A stretch of 63,010 bases of DNA, filler included, from Choristocarpus tenellus KU-1152 (lineage: Eukaryota > Protista > Phaeophyceae): NCBI GenBank assembly GCA_964200185.2. It is 11 parts of 11 records of this genome, joined end to end, with 100 filler letters (N's around TTAATTAATTAA, not from the genome) between each part and the next. Parts side by side here need not be neighbours in the genome. Positions count along the whole stretch, not along the records: positions 45,854 to 55,644 come from CAXNAD020003390.1; positions 55,745 to 59,277 come from CAXNAD020019407.1; positions 59,378 to 63,010 come from CAXNAD020018837.1; 8 more parts are not named here. The stretch is one strand, 5' to 3'. This document shows positions 49,701-61,652 of the stretch, piece after piece. The notes below the pieces were generated by a model, which did no database searches, was not told where the DNA came from, and saw nothing but the letters and a program-made list of their open reading frames with translations. Both the position numbers and the translations under genes were made by a program. The stretch's first letter is position 1; every line of letters starts with the position of its first letter.

Positions 49701-52700
49701 TATGTCATTCCTCCTTCTAGAGGTGAAAAGAGATGTATCACCTCTAAATTCTTGGTACCTTGGTGTAGGTTTGGATGTTATATATACTTTTGGTTAAGTG
49801 ACTGTTCCTACCTGTGATCAGGAGCACTACACACTGCACTACTTTTTGTATGGACTAAACTGCTGTGCCAACTGTTGCGTTATGACTAGTTGTTCTGACA
49901 TTGTGCCTTGCTTCTTCCTTGCTGGGTTAGGTAATTCTACAGCTGTTTGTTCCGTCTACTCACTCAAATCTTGTGCTGGACTCACCTTGGCGTTGCCGGT
50001 TATATCCTGGTCAGGCTTTTTTTTGTAGAGTGAAAATAGGAATATATGGGAGTATGATCTGTTGTGCTACCTCATGTAGTTCGGGAGTCAATACCAGAAT
50101 TCACAGAAATATATATTTCTTTGCTTGTATGGTCCATGTCATAAACCCATAATGTTTGTATCACTAGTAAAGAGTTTTTACTTGAAAGATGAGGGTACTG
50201 AAAGGAGCACCATACCTACAGCTGCGTGCCTGCCCTTATCCACGGGTAAGGAGTTTCCAAGGGTTTGCCTCAGTGTAGGAGGCGGGAGGTTGCCAGTTCC
50301 TCATCACAATTTGTGAAGTACAGCAAGATTATGCTTACGAGAACATACAATGTGTGAGAGACACTATCTCTTACTGCAATTGGAATGCTCCTGGAATCTT
50401 CCACTATGAGGTAGCTTCGCAATAGCATGAGCAAAGCCTTTTCATGTGCTCTCTCTCAGCATCCAATCAGGGCTGCAAACTACTGTTGGAACCTCTTTGC
50501 ATTTATTGTGAGAAATCGTTTTTGGTCAGCCGAGGTTGATGTTGGTATTTCAATGATCAAATATACTTACGATAAACAATTGAAATTGGAAGTAACAACA
50601 CTCTGCATAGATTGGACCAAGAGTAGGAAAGGAACTAGAAACAGTAGTACGGCACAGAAGGGTTAGGATTAGGGTTAGGCAGCTGGGTATATCGTATAGA
50701 ACATAAGCATCCATTCTGATCGATTGATGTAGGAATGATTTGTTGGAAAGTCTTGATTTTTTGTTGGTCGCAATGTTGTTGATGTACTGCACTGTATTCC
50801 ACTTACTAAGGCAACTTGTTGGACCTCCTCCACTCCCATTGCCAGACCTTCCTTGAAGAGTTTTCGGAAGAGCTATCTGCCAAGGAGGGCAAGCTGGACT
50901 CTGACCCTCACCTGTGGATGCCTGTAAGTTCCAGCACTCACAATCCTTTTCTTTAAAAAGGCGTATCATACTATAGAGGAAAAAATATGAAATGCCTCAA
51001 TGAACTTCCTTCTGTCAGTTAAGTTGCTTTTATTTTTTTGTCTGTGCACCGTTGCAGCTCACACTTGAGGAGTCTGCATACATAGAGATCATGGAGAGCA
51101 AAGGAACTGACCCGGAGGTGTCGGCAGCACACCACGCTAGGATGCAGGAGTGCCTTGGTGAGTGTATGTGGACTTGTGAAAGGTGTTCTATATTCTTTTT
51201 GCTTTTGTGACTGCATTCTTCTCTGGCAGCGGTATGAGGGTACAGCAGTTACTTGCTGCTTCAGAGAAAATGTTTTCTTGATTGGGTGTCCTACGTTTTT
51301 ATTATTCAAATGTGCTATTTGCTCAAGGCTTCAATGTGGTGCGGAGGATATGGCCCATTTTTCTCAATGGTGATTCTCCAGCTACCAGTATCACTTTTGG
51401 TCATGACAGGAAAATTTTGTACATGAGATGCTTTGGATTTGCTGTGAATGTCAGTTCTTACCAAGACTTTTTAACGGGACAGCAAATTAAAATGTCTCGT
51501 CCGTCGACTGGACTGATCTCCAATCGTTTAATATATTCCAGTCCGTGTGCATGTCTGGACCGGTCCCAAAGTTATGTGACATGTCCTGGTTCATGTCCTG
51601 GTTCATGTCCATGTCTTGACCATGTGGCAACATGTCCTGGTCCAAGTCCACAGGGATTGTACTGGTTCATGTCCATTGGCTGGTCAGTCTAACGTTTTCT
51701 TGCATACCTGGACCATGTCCACTTCGTCTTACACTAATATGAACGTGAATTCAAACACATGGATCCAAATAACCTCACACACTTAACGATGTATTATTTC
51801 TATGAAATTTTCAATTTCAAGAGTATTAAAAAAATATGAAATAATATAGAAATGTCACTATATGTAATATATGTAGTAATTAGAGTAGTAATAATTTCAA
51901 ATTTAGGATACAATACTTAAGAGCAGTAAAATATTAAATAGGAGGTGTGGTCATGACTGACCCATTTTTTTTTAACCTTGATGGCCATTGATAAATGTTC
52001 TAACATGGCTGAGTCCATGGCCATTGATCGTTTCAACATGGTCATATGACTGACAGTGGACCTGTAACTGCTTGACTGGTGAAAAGAGATGGTTTTTACT
52101 ACTGCTCAGGTGGCCTGATTGTTTCACCTTGAGCATTGGATGGTTTTTTTCCTTAGATATTTGGAGCCAAATCTCTTTGTTGAGTCCTCCTTTGTTGTAC
52201 CACACGTATGTCACATGTCACACCTGCTTCACATTACTGCTACTTTTATTGTGTCCATCATCCTTGCATGGAACACTGAATGTGGGATGTAAGTATCAGG
52301 TAGAAGGTACAACACCTCCTTAGCGTTTCGATTGTGGGGCTGTCTCTGTTTGGAAAATGGATGCTGATACTTCAACTGTTCCAAAAAGGTTAATAGATTG
52401 GGAACCATTCTACTGTTGGAATTGGTTTTCACAAAACTAGATACTAGTACTTTCTTCTAATATACATCTTGGGTGGTGCTATTTTGTGTTGGGCAGCCAA
52501 GTTCAATGCGAAGGAGGGTGCTTCTGACATGGGTCTTTTTGGGGCTGTGAATGTGGGAGATGAGGCATGCTGGTGGGACTATGGACTACTGAAGCTGTAC
52601 AGGCAGAACAACCGCCTTCTCACTGCGGTAGGTTGGACTGTTTACTACAGCAGAAAATAAATTGCAGTGAATTAGAATGATGAACTGAGCAGATTTCTGT

Positions 52701-54408
52701 AAGCAAGGAATCACTGAGATCAAAATAGCAGTGACCCCAATTGTTGAGTTCTGTCTATGATGTGAAATCCGCCATTACCTTTTCCTGCCTCCTGACCCAC
52801 CATTCTATACCACCTGTGGTAATAAATATCCTGGCAGTGAACTGTGTTTCTTGCTTGTCTTTTTGATTCCTGTTCCTAGCATTTGTTGCCTTCTACTTAC
52901 CATCTGATGTTTTCAAATTGCTTTTACATACTTCCTGTCAACAAAGGACACGGCTGGTGCAGAGCTTCTTCGCAAGTTCCTGGGCATCTCTGAACGTGTG
53001 TCTGGCAGCACCTTGGGAGAGGAGGTCTCTATTGATGAGGCGAGTGTTGTAACGGCATGTGAGGTTGGTGCTGGTTCCATCGTGGACTCAGTGCTGTCTA
53101 ATGTGAAGTGCAAGTACGTTGAGGCTGAGGGATGCATCCTGGTCAATGTTACGGCTAAGCGGATCACAGCGCCAAAGTAAGTGTGAAGGTTGACTTACCT
53201 GTGTTCCTCTTTTCATATGCTGTGCGTTCTTGAGCGCGTCTAAAGTTGCACAACCGGTTCACTATGTACTATCAACATCAAGACAATAAGCTTCATGTTT
53301 TTTCCATTTAGCACACTTGGTTACTGCAAGTGTATTACAGGTGCAAACAAGGTCAGAGTAATTTTTCATATATTATATGCGACTAAGTGCTGTTACTAAT
53401 ATTCAGTTTTCCACCGTTTGATTGGGAAGTGCATATTCTGACTTGATTTGACAAATATGCAGCACTGGAAGAGGGATGGTGATGCTGTATTAGGATATTT
53501 AGTCAAGTCTTAGATAGTTGGAGATGAGTCTTCAAGACTAAGGAAGGAGTGTACCTAAGAAGTAGAGGAAAGGACAGTCAGGTTCATGTCTTTATGAAGG
53601 GGTCAATGTTTGGTTCAAATGTGGAACAAAATTCTTCCCATTATGAACACCTAAATGTCTTGAACAAAGGAATTCATTGCACACAATTAAGATTTTGATT
53701 GATGTGTTGCTGTTTGCTTTATCTTCTGAGTTTTGCAAAAACCTGCATGGCTTCATTAAGACTTACTCAAAATATTGTTTGGTAGTGTGTAATGTGACTG
53801 ATTCCAAATTTTGCTGCCTCAGGGGTAGCATCATCTACAACATCATGGATGATTCGTCCACTGGGGTTTGTGTGACTGAGGGAGGCGTGATGGTGGGTGT
53901 CCATGGCGAGGATGGATCCCAGGTGTGTTTAATTTTGTTTGGGTGTGTGGATATGATTTCGTTGGTCATTTTGCAGAGGTGGTTTAATGTGGGAAGAAAC
54001 CTGACACTTTAGTTTTAGTTCTTGTTTCAAGTCAGTTTACCTTGTCCTCTGTTACCTCCTATTTCTAGAGCTCTACACACTGACCATACCTTTTTTGAGT
54101 CACACAACAAGAAACTTCCACTATTTATGTATCCAGTGTGAACAGCAATTTTTGTTCAGTGTTCAGAAAAATTTACTTGTGTAAGGGTTTGTTAAAGCAC
54201 CACTAATTTTTATTGTTGAAAATAACAGATGCCTGTCTGGAGCAATGCAGATTCAATCTGTGGAGGCAAGGCCTGGAAGAAAAAGGTTGCGGGCAACTCC
54301 ATGTCCTTTGAAGAGATCTACGGAGAGAACCACACCACAGATGTCTTTGCAGTAGAGGGCATGAGGGCAGAGACGGCTGAGCTTATGTGGGCTGAGATCA
54401 AGGGTTGA
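46771..54408 (+). CDS. Sugar-1-phosphate nucleotidyltransferase-like protein (11 exons, 533 aa)
   Basis: Exons 46771-46910, 47038-47197, 47957-48172, 48507-48662, 49612-49722, 50846-50923, 51058-51157, 52497-52627, 52947-53176, 53823-53922 and 54229-54408. All are GT-AG and phase-consistent, 1602 nt, ATG to TGA. Motifs: GGAGNALGTLYA, HTAGKGTRLSPL..NNKP, FWGDQ, VEK, WWDYG, and C-terminal hexapeptide-like repeats. The gene model is strong; the function is inferred. Confidence 0.85.
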
Positions 54409-55774
54409 TAATTTGAAAGACTCAGAGATATTTCAATTGGTTTATGTGTGATGGATTTTGTGAGTTGGTTTGACTGCTGTGGTGATAGTGGTAAGATGGT
54501 ATTATCGTAGTTGTTATCTTCTGCTCTGCCCTGTGGTTGGCAAGGCATAGTCTTGGTCAGTAAATTCTTTGTGAGTCCTTTTTTTGATTTGCTGCAGTCT
54601 AGCAAAATCAAGATAAGATACGATCTGCAAGCTTGAAAAGTGGAGTATGGTGTGGTAGCTATGTGTGTAATACTGGTGAAGTCTGTCTTTAGGAAAAACA
54701 GCCAGTTCAAGGATGTGATGGAAGTTTTGATGTAAGTGGGCGTGGTGGAGAGAGAAAATCTTTGAAGTCTTGGGCTTACAATATCGAAAATGATACTATG
54801 GTATAGTTACCCAAGTAAAAGTGGCAGCTGTGCATGAACACAATAGCCTCTGTATTTTGCAGGTTCTGATACGTAGGATGTTCTTTTGTAGGATGGCAAT
54901 GACACCTTTACCCCTGCTTGCTTTATTGTTAGTCTTTGTTGTTGTAATGGGCCATCCTACATTCTCTTTCATATTTTTTGTTCATAATGGGGTGTGAAGT
55001 GTTAACCTCCAGGACCGTGAGGGTGGTGTGTAACTAATGATTCGTTTGGATCATTTGTTGATCTCTTCGTGGTGTGCATATGAAAGTAGTTGCATACATA
55101 CGTATGTTGTACATGTAGTTTGTGTGTGTTTCTATGTTGTGATGTGTATTGTGTTATGTTCTGTTAAGATGTGCATGGATAGCCCTCAGCTCTTGTGCTA
55201 CTGCAGGCTGCTACTCCTGATGCCTTTGTACTGTAGGCTAATTAAAATAAATGCTTGTTGATTTCATATGCCATGACTGCTGCCGTGGTCCTATGTTGTG
55301 TAACCACAGGAGGAGAAAACTACCCTGGATATGATACGACAGATGAAAAAAATCTATTGAATATGGTGTCGTCTGCAATGGCGAATGTCTTGCCCTGAGT
55401 CAATTTCACTACCATTGTGGACTTTACGTTCATAAATCACATCGGTTCAAGGGTTGGATAGGTCTGTAGTTCGACTCTCTGGTGGAATAAGACTGTACCC
55501 TCGTCAAAATATTCCTATTATATGTTGCGCATATTGTGAGAGCCACATTCCACAGAAGGTATACCCTGAAGGTTACCTATCTTAAATATATGTAGAAGGT
55601 ATACCCTGAAGGTGACCTATCTTAAACATCAGGACATTCATGTTNNNNNNNNNNNNNNNNNNNNNNNNNNNNNNNNNNNNNNNNNNNNTTAATTAATTAA
55701 NNNNNNNNNNNNNNNNNNNNNNNNNNNNNNNNNNNNNNNNNNNNCCCCACCACCTTCAAACAGATTTTTTAATT

Positions 55775-55804
55775 CATCCATCCATCCATCCATCCATCCA
55801 TCCA
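55775..55804. repeat. (CATC)n microsatellite
   Basis: Direct reading. Other simple repeats: (CA)n ~2001-2040, (AT)n ~10963-10986, (TG)n ~20650-20688, (TAC)n ~27580-27628. Confidence 0.85.
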
Positions 55805-57042
55805 CCGCATGTGAGCATATAATGTTTATTTATGAACAATATTTCAACAAAAAGAATGACAACAGAAATAAAAATAGCTCCGGGATGAGAACAATACGTG
55901 GCGTCAGGAACAATAGTAGGCTATATAGGTACTACCACTCATAATAACATAAATGTCAGATTCGTAGTGTAAAACAGTTTACACTATATCAACACCACTC
56001 TGTACAACAAAGGCAGACATGTAACCCTTGTTAAACAAAAACCTACCAAAGTGAGAACTAACCCTTGATCCATTTGAAGTACTTCCACAAGACAAAAAGA
56101 GTATGCAAGGTGATATCAGAATTCCTAGTGGAAAACAGGCCAAATAGGACCTTCCAATGACTGCACTTCACCTAGCACAGCTTCATTGCACTCCCAAACA
56201 AAAGTAGCCTTCCTTACATCCCCTGTGTGTTCATCATCAACCAAAGGACTGCCTTGTGTCTAAAACGACCACCTAGGTTCTACGAACAAGATTATTTATC
56301 TTTTATCTATCTTCCAACATTTTATTTAGAAGCATACAGCTCAGCAGGCCACCAACTAATATAGAAACTCCAAAATTCCACCAAGAAATACAGAAGACAT
56401 CAGCAGAGCAGTATAACGCTATGCATTTACCCCGAACAGTATTATGAACTTCATGCATACCATTAATAGTTATATTCCTAGTCACACTAAAATATCAACT
56501 AAACTGAAACCACTAACTAAAACACTGCCATCCTCTATCAAGATGATGATACCTTGACACTATTGACAGTAGTATCTGGACGTGATAACCAGGCTAATCG
56601 ACCTAGTCACAATGTTATCTTGAAGAAATCATTTAGGTATGGACTGCCACCTACTGATATGGACAGGGTTAAAATATATCAGTCCAATAATAAAACGCTT
56701 TCAAAACAGCGTTTGAACACTGACTATACACCTATCATCGTAGGGAAGCAACAATGCATGTCCCGGCACCATTGAGCCAATAGTTAAATGGGGCCCTACA
56801 GTACTATACAATTAACCCTAACCCTAGGAAAGGACAAAAGAGCATTATAGCCATTACATGGAGATATTATGGGGACTGGAAAGGGGTTGCACATACAATA
56901 AAAACAACACAAGAAACATGATACTAGTCTCCTTGTCAATTGATTGATATTGATTTCAAACAATAGGGTCATATTCATTAACTCTTCCTCCACCCCCCTT
57001 GCATTTTTAAGACCAATGTACTTGTACAAATATACAATACAC

Positions 57043-59168
57043 CATGTCCCTCCTCAAGAAAACAGTGGTCCCAACAACATTCACAAATTTCGTTTTCAAA
57101 ACCTCCAATTCCTGTTTCTCACCTCCCACGTCTCCAATCAGAGCCCCTCCCCCTCCCCCTCCCCCTCCCCCCCCACCCCCACCCCCAACCCCCCCAGGGC
57201 TGTTGAAGTTCTGCCTGTGCCTTGGAGATGTGCTATTTCCCCTACGTCTATCCACACTTCCATCCAGGTTCACTGAACCTCCAACTCCAGAGTTCATGCC
57301 CTCTAGCGCAGATTTCGCTGCAGCAGCATCATTCTGGGCCCTGCAACAGTCAACAATACACACATAACCACAACCCACAAGAAGGTACAGGATTACTACA
57401 CACTTCTTCTCCTCTTGCACCCCCTTTGTTTTCCCATTTAGACCCCGATACATACATAATTATAGATTAACATCCACCAGAATTAAATCTGCAATTCAGG
57501 CAACAAAAATTCTGCAAAAAAACATGACCAGACCTTATCTCTATGCAATCAATCCTAGAGGAAGGTGAAAGAAAGGGGACTCCCTCTTTAAAAAGTGGGT
57601 CCAATATGGGGGTGTTGAGGGAAGAAGTAAAATACAATCCAAAGGTTGACGGCATAACTTAGTTTTTTTTATGTATTTAAGCGTGCTGATTGGGTAGGAG
57701 GGGACTTGCCAACAAACAAAATCAATCCACTGTAACCGCCAACCGGGCACAGTATGTCCTTAGCACAATTTCCCATCTTGTAGCGGTGACCAATGTTACC
57801 TCACCCTATAATCATTAACCTTACTTGATATTATCTTCACACTATTAATAGTATCATTCAAGGGCCTCGGGACTTTCAGGCCTCTAGTCAACAGGTGGCC
57901 CAGACGACAGAGCAATAGATTAGCTTTGGGCTGCCCCAAGCATCATCCATATCCCCCTCTTACACATACATAGAAAACATTAATTTCCTTGTACCTAGCC
58001 AGCTGCTCCCCGTAATGCTCCTTATACTGGCTCTTCACCCTAGCCACTTCAAGCCGTTCTCGAGTTTCCACCTCCTCAACACGCTTCCTCCACTGGGCCT
58101 CTGTGTTGATCATATGCTGCCTGTCGATCATCATTTTTTTGGCAAAAAAAAAGTCAGCAACGCAAAAGGGGTATCATTATGTCCGTAAGCCCACATTCCT
58201 CTCTATGTAACCAACATACAACATTGCTCCCATAGGATCGGCCAAAAGCTGACCTACTAGACTAAAAAATAGTATTGAAGATAAAACTCAATAATTGCAC
58301 CAACGGAATTACCATTTATTGCACAACACAAAACATCATCAGTCAAGCGTCATCTCAAATATCGTGACGAAATCGGAGGCCATGCCACTTTGCTACCTCT
58401 GACACAATCCACAGGCCACTACCCCACGAGCCTCCCCCTAAATAGACCTCAAGTGGTACACTCATATATTCACATTTCCTATGAACCCCTCGGAAGGACA
58501 CCCTATTACACTCTTGCCCTTCATAATCCATCGGGGGTCCAGTAGAAAGCTTAATCACCTCCGTTGAGCTTCCTAAAAAAAGAACCAAGCCCTCTCCCAG
58601 ATCTGTTCCTGCCAAGAGGTACAGAAACACCAGTACTCTTGTCACCAAACCCCTCGTACCGTGTTGCCAGACAAAAAAACACCCCATAATAATAATCTAT
58701 CAACTCAGTATCTTTCGACAAAAATCATCAACACACTAACACACTGACTAACACACTGACTATCCTACACTTCTGAGCACACAAATACCATCACAGGACA
58801 GCATTAGTATGCTATCTTCTATGGGGAGGGGGGTGGGGTGACCAAGACATTCATTCATCCACACTAAAAGTAAGCACTCAACAGTGATACCAACCAACTA
58901 ACATTGAGGGGGAAAAGGAATATTATCGTGGTTATATGTATAATAATAAGGCTATCCTGTTTGAGGGCATACTTTCATACAAAGTCCTCTAACCCTAACC
59001 TTCAATAAAATTGTTACAACTCCTCAAATACCTATCCTAAGAAAACTTGATGAGAAAGGGGAGGGAGTGCTCAGGGTTCCAGATCGCTTACCTATTGTTG
59101 AGGAGCTCAAGCTGCACGTCATTGAGCTGCTTTTTATATGCCTCAGCCATCTTGTTGAGCTCAGCATC
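57043..59168 (-). CDS. Coiled-coil protein, internal exons of a partial gene
   Basis: Phase-compatible exons 59168-59092 (DAELNKMAEAYKKQLNDVQLELLNN), 58120-57995 (QHMINTEAQWRKRVEEVETRERLEV...) and 57340-57043 (AQNDAAAAKSALE...poly-Gly...KQELEVLKTKF). Confidence 0.72.
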
Positions 59169-60578
59169 CTAGAAAGGCAAAAGGACAAAAATGCAGTAGG
59201 GGGGGGGGGGGCACAGGCAACATATATTAAGTTTAACATAATACTTAATTATTACTGGACGCCAAATTAAAAAGCATNNNNNNNNNNNNNNNNNNNNNNN
59301 NNNNNNNNNNNNNNNNNNNNNTTAATTAATTAANNNNNNNNNNNNNNNNNNNNNNNNNNNNNNNNNNNNNNNNNNNNAACAAACCCCTCTCCCCCCCCCC
59401 CCCCCCAGATACTTTGACCCCTTGTGCAAACATCTTGGCATCTGCTCGATCATTGCGGGTGTACGTGCATGTGTGCATGTGTGCCAATCAACTCCTGCTT
59501 TTCCATACTTCCAACCATTTTGATCAACCTGTTCTTCTTCCTTATGTTATTGATTGCCACAGGAGAAATACTGTCCTGAAAGGAAACGAAAAGGACAACT
59601 CAGCAGGAGCTCAAGGACTGGTGAGTTTGAGCTCAACTCATCAGAGGAGGCGTGGCCACTCAAAGCAGTGCTAACCCTACAAAAGGACACTAAATTGTGC
59701 TATGTGGAAGCGCTCTTGATAATCATGTTGCTCTTCTCTTTACTCTGTAGTACTGCGTAATTCTTAGCTTCTTGTATCCTACTCTTGATATACCACACCT
59801 GTATTTGACCCTATCCTTCTTGCTCGCCCACCAAGTTCCCACTCAGCTCACTGGCCACTTGATGTATAATATTCTCGGTATTGTTCGACCAAGTAATGAA
59901 AAGCCCTTACCCTAGCCCAGTAATAGCTTACTTCAATGCATTATCAAGTTATCCCATTTCTTCCTACGACATTTTCTGCCCAGTAAGATATTCTTGTCTA
60001 GACCACTGTTGTCAGTTACTGAAACTGCTTGCGGTGCTTGGATCGGGCAGGTAAGATGTGCTACGATCTGTCTTTAAGCTACACAATGCCCAACGGGTCG
60101 TCACCAGAGTTGCAGTACCACAACATGATGTTCTTCACCTTAATCTTTAAGTAGACGTTCAACCAATTGGAGTGTCTACTGTATACAAAACTCCCTGTCT
60201 CGGAGATATTCTCTCCCGAAGTGTGAGTATTTTGAGGGTAAGCCTTACCTATAGTCAGTCAACAGGCAGTGTTTGTTGTATCTTGAAGCTTTGGAATGTG
60301 ATAGGTGATAGGGAAACATCCATCTCCTATCCACCAATCAACCATTTTGTTGGAGGGTCATTATTATTGTATGGAAACAATGCAATCATTGGAATACTTT
60401 GTACTCCACCATAGACATTCCTCTATGACAATAATCTTTGACCACTGAGGATAGTTGTTTCCAGGCCATACACCTTCTTGGGTATCAAATATGAAATGGG
60501 GGCCGAGCAAGGGCTAGGGTTAACTGTCCGATTTTGCTGTTTCTCATAATTTCCCTGTTCTTCAAAGCAACAAAAGCC

Positions 60579-60757
60579 GACCCAAAGTATCTGGGGGGGG
60601 GGGAAGGCCTACATCAGGGTGTCCATTTGGACCAAAATTAGGAAAAGTACATTTTCATTATCCATCCGACGTATGTAACCAAATCACGCAAAAATCGCGA
60701 CATGAAAAAATTGACCGCAAAAGGACAACTGCCACCCTCCCCCAGATACTTTGAGCC
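60579..60757 (+). mobile_element. MITE family B, complete copy (~180 bp, TIRs with G-runs)
   Basis: GACCCAAAGTATCTGGGGGG ... CCCCCAGATACTTTGAGCC. Related termini at 1-17, 3193-3213, 8165-8191, 19794-19849, 45686-45753, 59385-59420 and 62987-63010. Confidence 0.82.
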
Positions 60758-61217
60758 AGTTAAATGCTTTGGCAATGGCTTTGGCCAGTTGAAATATACC
60801 TCGCAGAATTGTACTCAGTAGTTATCATAAGAGGAGGGGATGTTTAAGAAAAGACAGAAGGTACGTAAGGCTGTCAGGACAAGCTTGGAACAGGTCTCCA
60901 AAAAACTGCAATGTGGGGATCAAGAGGTCGTGCAAAAACTCTCTTCCTTGGAAGTTGGTGCAAAACACATGACTGGGACCCTAAACCAAACATTGGACAT
61001 TCTCTCAAATCAAACCACTACACTTATTCCTACCTTGATCATGCTTCTAACTATGTAAGTATAGCACTTCCCTTAAGTCACAGTGGATGAATCAACTTCT
61101 CAATCCTGCACCTCATCCTACCTTAACTAGTATACCAACCACATAGCTGTCCTGACTCTGGACCTCAGTTCCCTAACCCCTTTCCATACCCCCTCTGAAT
61201 TATGCTGAACCACTCAG

Positions 61218-61652
61218 TCAGAGGGAGCTGGGAATGGGCCTTTGAGTCGGGGTGTCCCACCCTTCGGAAATGCAACTTACAAACCTCTCCAGGGAGCCCC
61301 TACCCCGTGGGCCCCCCCAACACAGCCATTGGGGGGAGCTGGGAATGGAACTGTGGGTGGGGGTGTCGCACCCTTCGGAAATGCCGCTTACAAACCTCTC
61401 CAGGGAGTCCCTACCCCATGGGCCCCCCCAACACAGCCATTCCAGGGAACTGGGAATGGACCTCCAGTTGGATTACCCTTCAGAAACAATGGTGGCTTTG
61501 CAAATGGACCGCCCCAAGGATTCCCACCACGAGGCATGCCCATTGCTCAGCAGCATGCCCTTGAGGGAAACGAATCTGTGAAGGGGGAAGATGATGACGA
61601 TGAGGAGGAGGAGGAGGAGGAGGAGGAGGAGGAGGAGGAGGATGAGGATTAG
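61218..61652 (+). CDS. Probable terminal exon: Pro/Gly-rich 37-aa tandem repeat with acidic tail
   Basis: Open frame with two 111-bp units GV(P/A)PFGNA(T/A)YKPLQG(A/V)PTPWAPPTQP, then poly-D/E and TAG. The acceptor position is approximate. Confidence 0.55.
   Translation, partial: SEGAGNGPLSRGVPPFGNATYKPLQGAPTPWAPPTQPLGGAGNGTVGGGVAPFGNAAYKPLQGVPTPWAPPTQPFQGTGNGPPVGLPFRNNGGFANGPPQGFPPRGMPIAQQHALEGNESVKGEDDDDEEEEEEEEEEEEEDED
61602..61640 (+). repeat. (GAG)n microsatellite encoding poly-Glu
   Basis: Direct reading of the sequence. Confidence 0.9.

Noticed and set aside
57044-57367. Poly-Pro formin/extensin-like ORF (+)
   Set aside because: Antisense of a minus-strand exon with canonical, phase-compatible splice sites.
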